A DNA stretch of 51,952 nucleotides from Clostridiales bacterium UBA4821 (GCA_002402315.1 DHFP01000147.1:1-51952), one strand, 5' to 3'. Counted from the first letter of the stretch, positions 39,701 through 49,371 are shown. Notes: generated from the sequence alone by a model not told the origin. Made by a program: numbers and translations.

Positions 39701-40343
39701 TCTTTGCGGTCTCGGATTGCTCCCTTAAAGGCTCAATCTGATTTTCCAATTCCCCAATAATATCATTAATCCTTAGCAGGTTCTGTCTGGTCTGTTCCAG
39801 CTTTCTTTCCGCCTCGAGCTTTCTGACCTTGTATTTCATAATGCCTGCTGCTTCCTCGAATATTAACCTTCTGTCCTCAGACTTGGTACTAAGAATTTCA
39901 TCAATCCTACCTTGCCCTATAATCGAATAGCCATCTTTCCCTACACCTGTTCCCATGAATAGTTCATTGATATCTTTTAACCTGCATGCTGTCTTATTAA
40001 TGAAAAACTCACTTTCTCCGGAACGGTATACTCTTCTCGTAACCGAGACCTCAGAATAATCTACGGGCAGTAACCCGTTGGAATTATCTACAATAAGTGA
40101 GACCTCAGCAAATCCTAGAGGCTTTCTGTTTTCAGTTCCTGCAAAAATTACATCCTCTAGTTTGCTGCCTCTGAGATTCTTCATGCTCTGCTCGCCGAGA
40201 ACCCATCTGACTGCATCTGAAATATTACTTTTACCGCTTCCATTTGGTCCGATAACTGCTGTTATTCCTTTATTTAATTCCAGGGTAACTTTATCTGCAA
40301 AGGATTTAAACCCTTGAATTTCTATCTTCTTAAGATACATCAA
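36771..40343 (-). CDS. smc: Chromosome segregation protein SMC
   Basis: GPNGSGKSN, hinge GRATFLP, LSGGE, ILDEIEAALD. Confidence 0.97.
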   Translation of the reverse strand: MMYLKKIEIQGFKSFADKVTLELNKGITAVIGPNGSGKSNISDAVRWVLGEQSMKNLRGSKLEDVIFAGTENRKPLGFAEVSLIVDNSNGLLPVDYSEVSVTRRVYRSGESEFFINKTACRLKDINELFMGTGVGKDGYSIIGQGRIDEILSTKSEDRRLIFEEAAGIMKYKVRKLEAERKLEQTRQNLLRINDIIGELENQIEPLREQSETAKKFLAFSERLKVLEVNVFIDSMEKFKEKMDEIKVQIENIQGEIDKEHKIFEENQNNKKQLQGQFEMTENELEHLQQQIFNIGSSIEQSKSEIKVAKERMDNNKENNERLNLETSEFEQKIQELEAENNHKKGRCKQLRLDKDRFSSELINKEEELAKVSASIDSEQEQVEALKTEIIEKINLINDRKTEINSLKVLLEGLEKREEQIKEELQQLVLDADVERIKKEDIKDSLVKLNKEINIQKNAILELEKDKVNLGNNISSLNKKLEGCRIELSNKQSRYKFLCDLEKEHEGYSRSVKGILEERERNNAFRAGIHGALAQLITVPKEYETAVEMTMGAALQNIVTDNEESAKKAINFLKERNLGRATFLPVSVVNGKELDERVDKINSCQGFIGIASKLIKFDKKYQGVINNLLGRTVVVDNLDNGITIARKFSYSFRIVTLEGDIINTSGAMSGGSNVSKASGILGRGREIKELSEIIDRLKKEFEQVEQEIEARKAAFKAVDEKVGLANESIKEKQVAIAREEEKLVGLDSMLGRIDEKSILLKSEKQQLEAQRTEAQPTIEKKQEYIAKSDGEIEALQEQVRKLQEKFRQGYTEKDKVNNDITNIKISLSSIDESLVSLQEVIERIDKEIGICKRNIDRRQQEKLRITGEKSQLETAIEEHIVKIDEFKKSRLEKEDELNKKKLLKEHVSSNLSAIESFLMESLRKIELLKEENIRLELKKSKIEMDMENIQNKMWEDYELTFNNAMEYRKEIENIQNAQKEIAKIKNQIRDLGPVNVAAIEEYTKTKERYEFLSNQRNDLEASEDKIRKVISEMTSIMRRQFIEQFNHISKNFDNVFKELFGGGRATLELADEENILESGIDIEVQPPGKKLQSMMLLSGGEKALTAIVLLFAILKMNPSPFCILDEIEAALDDLNVYRFADYIKRFTYNTQFIIVTHRKGTMESADTLYGVTMEERGISKLVSVKMNDKAS

Positions 40344-40355
40344 TACACCCCATTT

Positions 40356-42065
40356 TCACGCAAAGCCGTATCTTCTCTCAGTCCCCTTTATTACTTGCGA
40401 GCAAAATTGCTCCCAAATACCGTACTCTATCGAAGCATACCTTATCAGTTCACACTGAAATACTGACTCACTTCCCTCGGGACATCGAATTATTCTAATT
40501 ATATCATTTTCTTGAGGATTTAGTGATGCCAGAACTTGTGAATAGAAATTGAAACTGGTTTTGCCTTCCTCCTGGTACAGATCTATCATATCAATCTGGC
40601 TGGCTGAAGGGTTCTCTACGTCTATAACCTTACATGACACCTGCCATTTTTTACTTTTCTTATTTCCCTTGCCTGCAGGATGAGTGAGAACATATTTATT
40701 TGGCCATCCCCAAAATTCAGGTGAAAAGTCTCTGGATGCTACCGGCATCCTTACTTCTCCGGATATTCCTCTTCCTTTCAGTTTGTTTATCTGTATAAAG
40801 AATGCATTAATTAAGCCATTATTGGATTTATTGAAACTTGACGCAATTATGAATTTCTTTTTGGCGGTTTCTTTAGGAGTCTCTTCAACTGTTTCCTCCT
40901 GCTGAACCTTTTGCCTTCTGGTACTCTTTTTAGTGCCTCTTGCCTTTATTAACATCAAGTCTTCTTCACTAATAGAAAGTGGCTGTCTCTCTTCCGCGTG
41001 CTCATCCAAATCTCCTGCATGGCTTTGCCGGTATAACATCTGCTCAATGTCAATAACTTTATACCCATTCATAAAGAAGGTCTCTTCGGGCTGATTGTTC
41101 ATATCAATGTCTTCATTTAAACCGGCCGCATCCTGCTCAGATACTTCGTCCATTGCCAGTTTATCAATGTTTTGAGCCGAAATAGATCCCAAATTATCAA
41201 TTTCTTCGATTTCAATGTCAACATCATCTTCGATTATGCCTGCTTCTTGCATCTGATCAAACTCGGGTTCCGGCTCTTTCTTGGACTTTTCTTTCCTTAC
41301 CGTACTTTTTTCTTCATTTACTATCCCGAGCTTTTCATTCAGGTTTTCAGCTGAATTAAGCGATACTTCGATAGAATCTCCAGTAGGCAGCTCTATGGAA
41401 AGCGATTCCAAATCTATATCCATATCACTTGTTACTTGCTCTTCAGCAGGTTCTTTCTTCTCTTTCTTTTTTAAACTTGCTTTTTTCTCCGACTCGGATA
41501 TAATTTCTCCATTATCTATTAATATGTTTATTAACTCTTCGGTTAAATCATTAGCTAAATCCTCTTTAGGATTCAGAAAGTTTGAAACCGAACATTTAAA
41601 GGCATCGTACTTATCTTTGTCACCATTTATTAAATCATAGGATACATGGACTACCAACTCATTATTTTTGTAAAGCCCACCCTCTGTAATATTCCCGGAA
41701 CTAATGAAGACGTCCGCTTTCTCGTTACCAGATTCAAAACAAAATATTTTAGCACCCAAGCTATTACCGTGTGTGTTCCTGAATATCCTGGCTTTACAAC
41801 CTAAACCCAGGATTTCTAACAGGGCCTCAGCCGAAGTCAAATAATTATTAATCCCTAAGATGAAATTTACCTCCACACCATTTTTAATTGCCTTTTTGAT
41901 TGAAGTCTTCAACTTATGAATCCCTGATAGTTTGGCAAAGGACGATACAAACCAAACTTTATTGTATACTGGTTTTTTTGACTTCAATAGTTGGCTAATC
42001 TTTTCCCCTAGAAAAAACGGGGTACCATTTACATCATATGGCTGAGTTATGAATCTTATTTCCAA
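40356..42065 (-). CDS. PLD-like (restriction-endonuclease-type) domain protein with acidic linker; HxK motif degenerate
   Basis: SSFAKLSGI, TSAEAL, LGAKIFCF..VFISSGNITEGGL..NNE. Confidence 0.7.
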   Translation of the reverse strand: MEIRFITQPYDVNGTPFFLGEKISQLLKSKKPVYNKVWFVSSFAKLSGIHKLKTSIKKAIKNGVEVNFILGINNYLTSAEALLEILGLGCKARIFRNTHGNSLGAKIFCFESGNEKADVFISSGNITEGGLYKNNELVVHVSYDLINGDKDKYDAFKCSVSNFLNPKEDLANDLTEELINILIDNGEIISESEKKASLKKKEKKEPAEEQVTSDMDIDLESLSIELPTGDSIEVSLNSAENLNEKLGIVNEEKSTVRKEKSKKEPEPEFDQMQEAGIIEDDVDIEIEEIDNLGSISAQNIDKLAMDEVSEQDAAGLNEDIDMNNQPEETFFMNGYKVIDIEQMLYRQSHAGDLDEHAEERQPLSISEEDLMLIKARGTKKSTRRQKVQQEETVEETPKETAKKKFIIASSFNKSNNGLINAFFIQINKLKGRGISGEVRMPVASRDFSPEFWGWPNKYVLTHPAGKGNKKSKKWQVSCKVIDVENPSASQIDMIDLYQEEGKTSFNFYSQVLASLNPQENDIIRIIRCPEGSESVFQCELIRYASIEYGIWEQFCSQVIKGTERRYGFA

Positions 42066-42156
42066 TCTACAAGACCCCTTCTGCTTATTATTAAATAATT
42101 AAATAACCATAATTATATTATAACTGTAATATGGGAAGAAAATAAAGAGGTGACAG

Positions 42157-42188
42157 AAAAAAAACCTGTTTCAAAGAAACAGGTTTTT
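42157..42188 (-). terminator. Terminator after spoVS
   Basis: AAAAACCTGTTTC-AAA-GAAACAGGTTTTT. Confidence 0.8.
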
Positions 42189-42196
42189 CAACTCTT

Positions 42197-42457
42197 TTAT
42201 CTAGGTTCAATAATAAATTTAATAGCTGTTCTTTCCTCTCCATCAATATTAACTTCTGAAAATGCCGGAACTGCTATAAGATCTATGCCATTAGGAGCAA
42301 CAAAACCTCTTGTTATGGCAATTGCTTTTACTGCCTGATTTACTGCACCGGCACCAACAGCTTGGATTTCGGCGCTATTATTATCTCTAAGAACTGCTGC
42401 TAGCGCGCCTGCTACTGACTTTGGCTGAGATTGAGCTGATACCTTTAGAATCTCCAT
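42197..42457 (-). CDS. spoVS: Stage V sporulation protein S
   Basis: MEILKVSAQSQPKSVAGALA...GAGAVNQAVKAIAI; 86 aa from ATG 42457. Confidence 0.95.
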   Translation of the reverse strand: MEILKVSAQSQPKSVAGALAAVLRDNNSAEIQAVGAGAVNQAVKAIAITRGFVAPNGIDLIAVPAFSEVNIDGEERTAIKFIIEPR

Positions 42458-42489
42458 TGTAATTCCCCCCATAATCTAGATTATTGTTG

Positions 42490-43575
42490 TTAAATTTGTT
42501 CTAGTATTTTAGTATTATTTAAAAAAGTATGTTCATCCAGAGTTAAGTTCTGATCTGCAATAATAATTACCACTTTACCTTTGTCTAAGTATGAATCACC
42601 AGTTACCATAATTTCGTTGAATCCATAATCAGCATACAACCTCTCTAAATTGCCTCTTTTGTGCCCCACTGTTATAGATACTTCCTTATTATTAACCTTG
42701 ATATCTAATTCCGTACTCCGTGTTATATCTACACTTCTTAACATATATGTAATCATTTCGAGCCTGAGTTCTGATTCGACTAGCTGCCTAAATGCCGGAT
42801 GGAATGGTCCTGCAACAACATCCTTTCCATAATTAATATTTTCTGTAACCTGTAAACCTAATCTAATTACATTTATACCATTCTTTTTAAATAATTTCAA
42901 TATTTGTTTTGATAATTCTACAGCTTCTTTGACGCTTAATGGCATATATTTTCCTTTTTTGTATATTTGTTCGAGTGGTGTATCCTTTACTACAAGTACA
43001 GGATATATCCTAACCACATCCGGCTCCAGTTCGATAAGCTGCTTTGCTGTCATAATATCTTTTTCAGGAGTATCCTCGGGAAGACCAATCATCATTTGAT
43101 GTCCAAGCTTAAAATCAAATTCTTTTATTAACCTGCTAGCTCTTATTACATCTAGGGAAGTATGTCCTCTGCAGCTTTGATCTAAGACTTCACTGTCCAT
43201 TGATTGAACTCCCAACTCTATTGTATTTATCCCAAAATGTTTAAGCATACTAAGTATTTCCCTGCTTATATAATCCGGTCTTGTTGAGAGCCTTATGCCC
43301 TGTATTTTCCCTGCCAGCAGGAAATCAAAAGCAGCTTTTAACAATTCTGCCTGTTTTTCAGTCTCAATGCCCGTAAAACTTCCACCATAAAAAGCTGCTT
43401 CTATAAATGCATTTTCGGGAAATGTATCCAGGTACCGGTTGATGATACTGCTTACATCAGAAGCAGTTACCTGTTTTTGTGCCCCGCTTATGCTCTTCTG
43501 ATTACAAAATATACATTGGTGAGGACATCCTGAATGGGGAACAAATATTGGGATTATATAGTGTCTTTCACTCAT
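42490..43575 (-). CDS. Elp3-like radical SAM protein
   Basis: IPIFVPHSGCPHQCIFCNQ, FYGGSFT, STRPD; GGAGG RBS before ATG 43575; usual position after rnc. Confidence 0.88.
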   Translation of the reverse strand: MSERHYIIPIFVPHSGCPHQCIFCNQKSISGAQKQVTASDVSSIINRYLDTFPENAFIEAAFYGGSFTGIETEKQAELLKAAFDFLLAGKIQGIRLSTRPDYISREILSMLKHFGINTIELGVQSMDSEVLDQSCRGHTSLDVIRASRLIKEFDFKLGHQMMIGLPEDTPEKDIMTAKQLIELEPDVVRIYPVLVVKDTPLEQIYKKGKYMPLSVKEAVELSKQILKLFKKNGINVIRLGLQVTENINYGKDVVAGPFHPAFRQLVESELRLEMITYMLRSVDITRSTELDIKVNNKEVSITVGHKRGNLERLYADYGFNEIMVTGDSYLDKGKVVIIIADQNLTLDEHTFLNNTKILEQI

Positions 43576-43594
43576 AGATAACCTCCACGCAACT

Positions 43595-44287
43595 TCAACT
43601 ATTAACTGTCTTAAGTGCATTTTCAGCTGCACGCTGTTCTGCTTCTTTTTTTGATTTTCCTTGTCCAACACCCATGATCTTGCCATTGCACTCGACCTGC
43701 ACGGAGAACTGTTTATTATGGTCGGGCCCAATCTCATTTACTACTTCATACTTAATCTTAACATCGCCTTTTTTCTGTAATTCTTCCTGGAGTTTGGTCT
43801 TGTAGTCCATTAACCCCAATCCCTTGGCTGACTTTTCAATTGTTTCTTCAACAAGCCTTAATACAAATGCTTCAGCCTGTTGATATCCTCCATCTATATA
43901 AATGGCAGCCACTATAGATTCAAAAGCATCCGACAATATAGAAGGCCTGTTTCTTCCTCCTGTTATTTCCTCACCTTTACCTAGTCTAATAAAATTTCCA
44001 ATATCTAAATCGACAGCCATCTCTTTTAATGCAGGTTCACATACAACACTAGCCCTTATTTTAGTCAACTGCCCTTCCGGCAAGTCGGGGCAGCTCAAAA
44101 ATATATGATTACTGACTATAAGGTTTAAAACACTATCCCCCAGGAATTCAAGCCGCTCATTGCTTGATACCCCTGCTGATTTGTTTTCATTTGCGTATGA
44201 ACTATGAGTTAGTGCTGTTTCTAAAATTTGAATATCTTTAAATAAATATCCCAGACTATCTTGAAAGACTACTAATCTGTCTCTCAT
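43595..44287 (-). CDS. rnc: Ribonuclease III
   Basis: NERLEFLGDSVL, DAFES, C-terminal dsRBD; GGAGG RBS before ATG 44287. Confidence 0.96.
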   Translation of the reverse strand: MRDRLVVFQDSLGYLFKDIQILETALTHSSYANENKSAGVSSNERLEFLGDSVLNLIVSNHIFLSCPDLPEGQLTKIRASVVCEPALKEMAVDLDIGNFIRLGKGEEITGGRNRPSILSDAFESIVAAIYIDGGYQQAEAFVLRLVEETIEKSAKGLGLMDYKTKLQEELQKKGDVKIKYEVVNEIGPDHNKQFSVQVECNGKIMGVGQGKSKKEAEQRAAENALKTVNS

Positions 44288-44314
44288 CTTAACCTCCAAA
44301 TTGGTCACAAATTT

Positions 44315-45481
44315 TTACACAATTTCAACAATCTCCGTATTTTGTATAGCTTGTGAAATTAGCCTTTCAATGTCGGTATGCCCCTCTGAAAGTTCTAGTT
44401 TTTCCAACCTTGGCTTGGTCTCGGGCCTCCTGGGTAGAAAGATTGTGCAGCAGTCCTCATAAGGAAGTATGGATGTTTCATATGTGTCTATCTTTCTAGC
44501 TAATGCTATAATTTCATTTTTATCCATACCTATAAGAGGCCTGAAAACAGGCATATTAACCACTGAGTCTGATGCCACCAAGCTCTGCATGGTCTGGCTT
44601 GCAACCTGGCCAAGGTTTTCTCCGGTAATCAGAGCACTGCAGCCGGATTCCCTTGCGATCCTTTCGGATATCCGCATCATAAACCTTCTCATAAGTATAG
44701 TCAGCTGTTCCTCCGGACATTTATCCCGTAATTCTACCTGTATCTCTGTAAATGGTACTATATGAAGCTTAAGTTTGCCCGCGTAAGATGATAGTATCTT
44801 GCATAGGTCTACAACCTTTTCCCTGGCCTTTGGCCCTGTGTATGGAGGACTGAAGAAATGTACTGCCTCCAGTTCTACCCCTCTTTTGGCAATCATCCAG
44901 CCTGCGGCAGGACTATCTATGCCCCCCGACACAAGCAGCATGGCCTTGCCGTTTGTTCCGGTGGGCATCCCCCCGTAGGCCTGTATTACTTCAGAATACA
45001 CATAAGAGTATTCTCTGACTTCAACATTAATAACTGAATCCGGCGAATTGACATCAACCGTTAAGTCCTTGAACTTGGACAATATATTTGCACCAACATC
45101 CCGGCTGATTTCCGGAGAAGTCAGAGGAAAGCTTTTGTCGCCTCTCTTACTTTCCACCTTGAATGTCTTTAGACCATGCATCCTCTGCATACATTTTTCA
45201 GCAGCCTGGAAAATGGCATCCATGTTTGATTCGACCTTTAATGCAGGACTTACCGATACTATACCGAACACCTTTAAAAGCTTCTCTATAAGCCTTGAGG
45301 TGTTCAGTTCCTCGTTCTCATCAAACGGTTCAATATAAATCCGGGCTTGCGAACGCCAGATTTTATATCTTTCATTCCTAAGAACAATTTTTATATTTTT
45401 TATTAATTTTTGTTCAAATATGGGTCTATTCAGTCCTTTTAAAATGATTTCCCCGTATCGTACCAGTATAACCTCTTGCAT
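44315..45481 (-). CDS. thiI: tRNA 4-thiouridine synthase
   Basis: RYGEI.LKG.NR, THUMP domain, SGGIDS PP-loop, PYEDCC. Confidence 0.95.
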   Translation of the reverse strand: MQEVILVRYGEIILKGLNRPIFEQKLIKNIKIVLRNERYKIWRSQARIYIEPFDENEELNTSRLIEKLLKVFGIVSVSPALKVESNMDAIFQAAEKCMQRMHGLKTFKVESKRGDKSFPLTSPEISRDVGANILSKFKDLTVDVNSPDSVINVEVREYSYVYSEVIQAYGGMPTGTNGKAMLLVSGGIDSPAAGWMIAKRGVELEAVHFFSPPYTGPKAREKVVDLCKILSSYAGKLKLHIVPFTEIQVELRDKCPEEQLTILMRRFMMRISERIARESGCSALITGENLGQVASQTMQSLVASDSVVNMPVFRPLIGMDKNEIIALARKIDTYETSILPYEDCCTIFLPRRPETKPRLEKLELSEGHTDIERLISQAIQNTEIVEIV

Positions 45482-45515
45482 ATTTCCTCCAATAATATCA
45501 TTTTTACTTGCGTTT

Positions 45516-45675
45516 AGGAATGATGAAATAATAAATTCCCATTTTTTAATCGGTTATTTTTCACCAGGACTTCGTTGTCGTCAGTTACAATAAAGCAATT
45601 ATTGCGCCTTCCTCCGCCTTGTCCTGACAAAAAATCCCTCGCTTAAAAATCGGGTTTTATTATTTCATCATTCCT
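45516..45675. mobile_element. 160-bp MITE-like element with 20-bp perfect terminal inverted repeats
   Basis: AGGAATGATGAAATAATAAA ... TTTATTATTTCATCATTCCT, with further internal pairing. Confidence 0.65.
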
Positions 45676-46822
45676 TAGCCAATAACTTTACGTTTTCTTT
45701 TATTGCCTCCAGACAGTAGTCTACCTCATCCTTATTATTATTAACAGAAAAGCTGAACCTCACTGAAGATTTTATCAGTTCTCTATCAATCCCCATAGAA
45801 ATGAGAACATGGCTTAATTCCCGCTTCCTAGACGAGCAGGCCGAGCCTGTTGAAACATAAATGCCTCTTTCCTCAAGTGCGTGCAGCATTACTTCTCCCG
45901 GTATGCCTTCAAATGATATATTAGCAATATGGGGTGCACTCTTATATTTGTCCATGGTTCCATTTAATGCAGCTCCCTGCACTTCTTCCATAACCCGTAA
46001 TATAAAGTAATTCTTCAAATCTCTTACTTTTGAAAAATGTCCGTACTTTCCTGACAAATTAATATCTACAGCTCTCCCTAAGGACCAAACCCCCGGCACA
46101 TTTTCAGTACCCGGCTTAATATAGTTTTCCTGTCCTCCACCGTGAAAAACAGGTTCCAATCTGGTGCCCTTTTTAATATAAAGTACGCCAATCCCCTTAA
46201 AGGCATTAATCTTATGCCCGCTGACCGAAATCAAGTTAATATCTTTGCAAATATTTTGCAGCGGCAGTTTACAGTAGGATTGAACTGCGTCAACATGCAG
46301 AATAAACTCATACCTTCTCTTTAAGCGTATTAGCTCTTCCAAAGGCTGAACAGCTCCAACCTCATTATTTACATGCATTATACTAACCAAAGTAACTTTG
46401 TCAGTCTGAATATATTTTTCCAGAATCTCTAGACTTATTATTCCGTCCTTATCTACAGGCAGATATTTAACCTTATGCCCCTGTTTTTCCAGATATCTGA
46501 ATACACCTAGTACCGAGGAGTGTTCAATCATAGATGTTATAATAGTTCCCAATCTTTTTTCATTAGCCCTGACTGCACCTAAAATTGCAATATTATTCGA
46601 TTCGGTCCCGCCAGACGTAAAAAATATTTCCCCCGAATTAACTCCAAGGGAATTTGCAACCTTTGATCTAGCATCTTTTAAAATCTTTTCCGAATCTAAT
46701 CCCTTATTATGCAGTGAAGATGGATTTCCGTAAGAATTACCAACAGTCTGTCCAACCTCTTCAAGTATATCATCAAACGGTCTTGTAGTAGCACTATTAT
46801 CAAGATAAACTTCTCTATTCAC
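45668..46822 (-). CDS. Cysteine desulfurase (IscS/NifS family, thiI-linked)
   Basis: YLDNSATT, TSGGTESNN, SGHK PLP lysine, STGSACSS. Confidence 0.93.
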   Translation of the reverse strand: MNREVYLDNSATTRPFDDILEEVGQTVGNSYGNPSSLHNKGLDSEKILKDARSKVANSLGVNSGEIFFTSGGTESNNIAILGAVRANEKRLGTIITSMIEHSSVLGVFRYLEKQGHKVKYLPVDKDGIISLEILEKYIQTDKVTLVSIMHVNNEVGAVQPLEELIRLKRRYEFILHVDAVQSYCKLPLQNICKDINLISVSGHKINAFKGIGVLYIKKGTRLEPVFHGGGQENYIKPGTENVPGVWSLGRAVDINLSGKYGHFSKVRDLKNYFILRVMEEVQGAALNGTMDKYKSAPHIANISFEGIPGEVMLHALEERGIYVSTGSACSSRKRELSHVLISMGIDRELIKSSVRFSFSVNNNKDEVDYCLEAIKENVKLLAKE

Positions 46823-47145
46823 TGCTCTTCTCCTCTAGACATTTTTTCAATATTTGCCCTTACCCTGTACAAGTATATTAATGCTGATACCGGATTCTGT
46901 TTTATTTTTTCCATCATAACCTCAACTATATTCTTATATACCTTACTTCTCTCCAACTCATTTTCTATATACTTTATCTTATTTTCCAAACGAATATTGC
47001 TATTTCTAATTTCAAATAATATATCGTTCTGTTTCTTTACGATATCAGACAGCTGGTTTATTATCTCTTGAAATTTTTCTACCGTTAATTCACCATTCTC
47101 CTCAAAAGCTTTATTGAGATGATCCAGGATTTCTTGTAAAGTCAT
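46819..47145 (-). CDS. Hypothetical helical protein
   Basis: GGAGG RBS; 4-nt overlap with the desulfurase start. Confidence 0.7.
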   Translation of the reverse strand: MTLQEILDHLNKAFEENGELTVEKFQEIINQLSDIVKKQNDILFEIRNSNIRLENKIKYIENELERSKVYKNIVEVMMEKIKQNPVSALIYLYRVRANIEKMSRGEEQ

Positions 47146-47157
47146 GTTCTTTACCTC

Positions 47158-47724
47158 CTATTTCATTCCTGTTTTGATCACTTCCCTATTTTTATAAACG
47201 TAATCAAAGCCGGAATAGATTGTGATTATTACAGCAATAGCCATCGCAGCCGAATGAACAGGATAAACGAACAATTGCTTAAAAGGCTCCAAATCATGTA
47301 TAAGAACGGCTACTATCGCTACTATCTGCGTTATTGTTTTCAGTTTTCCCCAAATACTGGCTGCAATTACTACACCTTCACCAGCCGCTACAAGTCTGAC
47401 TCCGGTTACTATAAACTCCCTGCCAATTATTATTACAGCTACCCAGTAGGAAATCTCGTGTTTTTCAACCAACCAGATCAGCGCTGTAGTAACCAACAGC
47501 TTGTCAGCCAATGGGTCCAAAAACTTCCCCAGTGTTGTGACCTGCTGCCTTTTCCGTGCTATATACCCATCAATACCATCGGTACTGGCAGCTATAATAA
47601 AGATAGCGGCTGCAAGATACTTGCTCACGTCAAAATTTTCATATTTAATTTTTATAACCAGCGCCAAAACGAAGATAGGAACAAGTATTATTCTTGAAAG
47701 AGTTACTTTATTAGCAAGGTTCAT
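47158..47724 (-). CDS. pgsA: Phosphatidylglycerophosphate synthase
   Basis: TDGIDGYIAR...GKFLDPLADK motif. Confidence 0.95.
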   Translation of the reverse strand: MNLANKVTLSRIILVPIFVLALVIKIKYENFDVSKYLAAAIFIIAASTDGIDGYIARKRQQVTTLGKFLDPLADKLLVTTALIWLVEKHEISYWVAVIIIGREFIVTGVRLVAAGEGVVIAASIWGKLKTITQIVAIVAVLIHDLEPFKQLFVYPVHSAAMAIAVIITIYSGFDYVYKNREVIKTGMK

Positions 47725-49039
47725 GAACTACCCTCCCAGCTAAATCATATTGTGATGCTTTAGTAATCATAACATTTTCAAAATTGCCAGGCCTCAACTG
47801 TTTAGATGACTTAACATGGACTATACCATCTATCTCCGGCGCATCCCGATAAGTCCTGCCAAAATAATCGCTTCCTTGTATTTTCCCTTCAATAAGAACC
47901 TTTAGTGTTTGTCCAACCATTTGTTGGTTTCTGGATTTCGAAATTTGTCTCTGTATTTTCATAATCCTTGATTGCCTTGACTTTTTTACCTTGTAAGGTA
48001 CCTGTTCAGCAAATTTTGCTGCTTGAGTACCCTCTTCTTTTGAATATGTAAACGCACCAAGCCTATCAAACTTTATTTCTTCAATAAAGTTAACCAGTTT
48101 ATTGAAATCTTCCTCGGTTTCCCCTGGAAATCCGGCGATAACCGATGTCCTTATTGCTATTGACGGTATCCTTTCCCGAAGCTTGCCAATAACTTCTTTA
48201 ATCTGGGAGCTTGAACTTCTCCTGCCCATAGTGTTTAGTATTTTGTCACTTATATGCTGTATAGGAAAGTCTAAATACTTGCATATCTTATCCTCATCAG
48301 CTATTACTTCAATAAGCTCATCAGTTAGACTGTCAGGATATGCGTATAGAAATCTTATCCATTCAATTCCATCTATCCTGCACAGCTTGCTTAAAAGCTC
48401 TGCAAGTTTAGGTTCACCATAAATGTCAGCACCAAACCTTGTTGTATCCTGAGCGACTATAATCAGTTCTTTAACACCATGATTTTGAAGATGCCTGGCC
48501 TCTTCAAGTATATCATCAATACTTCTGCTTCTGAATGACCCCCTTATTGAAGGTATTACACAATATGAACATCTATTATCGCAGCCTTCAGCAATCTTAA
48601 GATATGAAATAAAAGGCGGCGTACTTCTAAGCCTATGAATATAATCATCTACAAATAACAGTCTCTTTTTATCATCATTCAGTTTTAGAAGACCATTGAT
48701 TATTTCAATAATCTGCGCATATTCTTTTATGCCGACAACAGCATCAACCTCAGGGATTTCCTTGTAAATCTCCTCTTTATATCTCTCAGCCAGACACCCG
48801 ATAACCATAAGAGCCCTGCATTTTCCCTTGGTCCTATGTTCAGCCATCTCCAGAATTGAATTAATTGATTCCTGCTTGGCTTTGTCAATAAACCCACAAG
48901 TATTGACAATTATTACGTCTGCATGTTCAGCATTGTTTATAATCTTGTACCCATACCCGGATAGGTTGCCTAATATTACTTCGGTGTCTACTAGATTTTT
49001 GGGACAGCCTAATGAAACAACTCCAATCTTAATATCCAA
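47711..49039 (-). CDS. rimO: Ribosomal protein S12 methylthiotransferase
   Basis: SLGCPKNLVD, NTCGFI, EGCDNRCSYC, C-terminal TRAM with DAPEIDG. Confidence 0.95.
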   Translation of the reverse strand: MDIKIGVVSLGCPKNLVDTEVILGNLSGYGYKIINNAEHADVIIVNTCGFIDKAKQESINSILEMAEHRTKGKCRALMVIGCLAERYKEEIYKEIPEVDAVVGIKEYAQIIEIINGLLKLNDDKKRLLFVDDYIHRLRSTPPFISYLKIAEGCDNRCSYCVIPSIRGSFRSRSIDDILEEARHLQNHGVKELIIVAQDTTRFGADIYGEPKLAELLSKLCRIDGIEWIRFLYAYPDSLTDELIEVIADEDKICKYLDFPIQHISDKILNTMGRRSSSSQIKEVIGKLRERIPSIAIRTSVIAGFPGETEEDFNKLVNFIEEIKFDRLGAFTYSKEEGTQAAKFAEQVPYKVKKSRQSRIMKIQRQISKSRNQQMVGQTLKVLIEGKIQGSDYFGRTYRDAPEIDGIVHVKSSKQLRPGNFENVMITKASQYDLAGRVVHEPC

Positions 49040-49125
49040 GATATTCGCTCCTCTTTAGTCCATTTTTATTCCTTCTAAAAATATATTACTTTTTACCAAT
49101 TAAATCAAGGCTATATTACTGATGA

Positions 49126-49371
49126 TTATGCTTCAACAGTGGGTAAAAGTTCCCGTGACTCACTTATCAGGGCATCGATTTCCTTTTGAATCTTTTCAAT
49201 TTCTTTATCAATATTCTCAGGCTCTAAGCCCATAGCTTTTATTTCTTTTACAACTTCTTCCTTCTGTTTATTTAGCTGTTCAAGTTTGGCTTCGGCACGG
49301 AATCTCATACTTTTAGCCTTCTCTAAATTATCTTTCAACTGGGATATTGTTTTCTCGTAGTCTATTGCCAT
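49126..49371 (-). CDS. Small coiled-coil protein (81 aa) coupled to the SbcC-like gene
   Basis: TAATG overlap, AAGGAGG RBS, heptad pattern. Confidence 0.8.
   Translation of the reverse strand: MAIDYEKTISQLKDNLEKAKSMRFRAEAKLEQLNKQKEEVVKEIKAMGLEPENIDKEIEKIQKEIDALISESRELLPTVEA

Noticed and set aside
36771-42065. Wadjet/Lamassu-type SMC defence system
   Set aside because: The SMC is the canonical hinge-containing housekeeping protein in the rnc-smc locus; no JetA/B/D or LmuA/C-like genes are seen
42490-43737. 415-aa version of the radical SAM ORF
   Set aside because: The extension overlaps rnc; family similarity and the RBS begin at 43575
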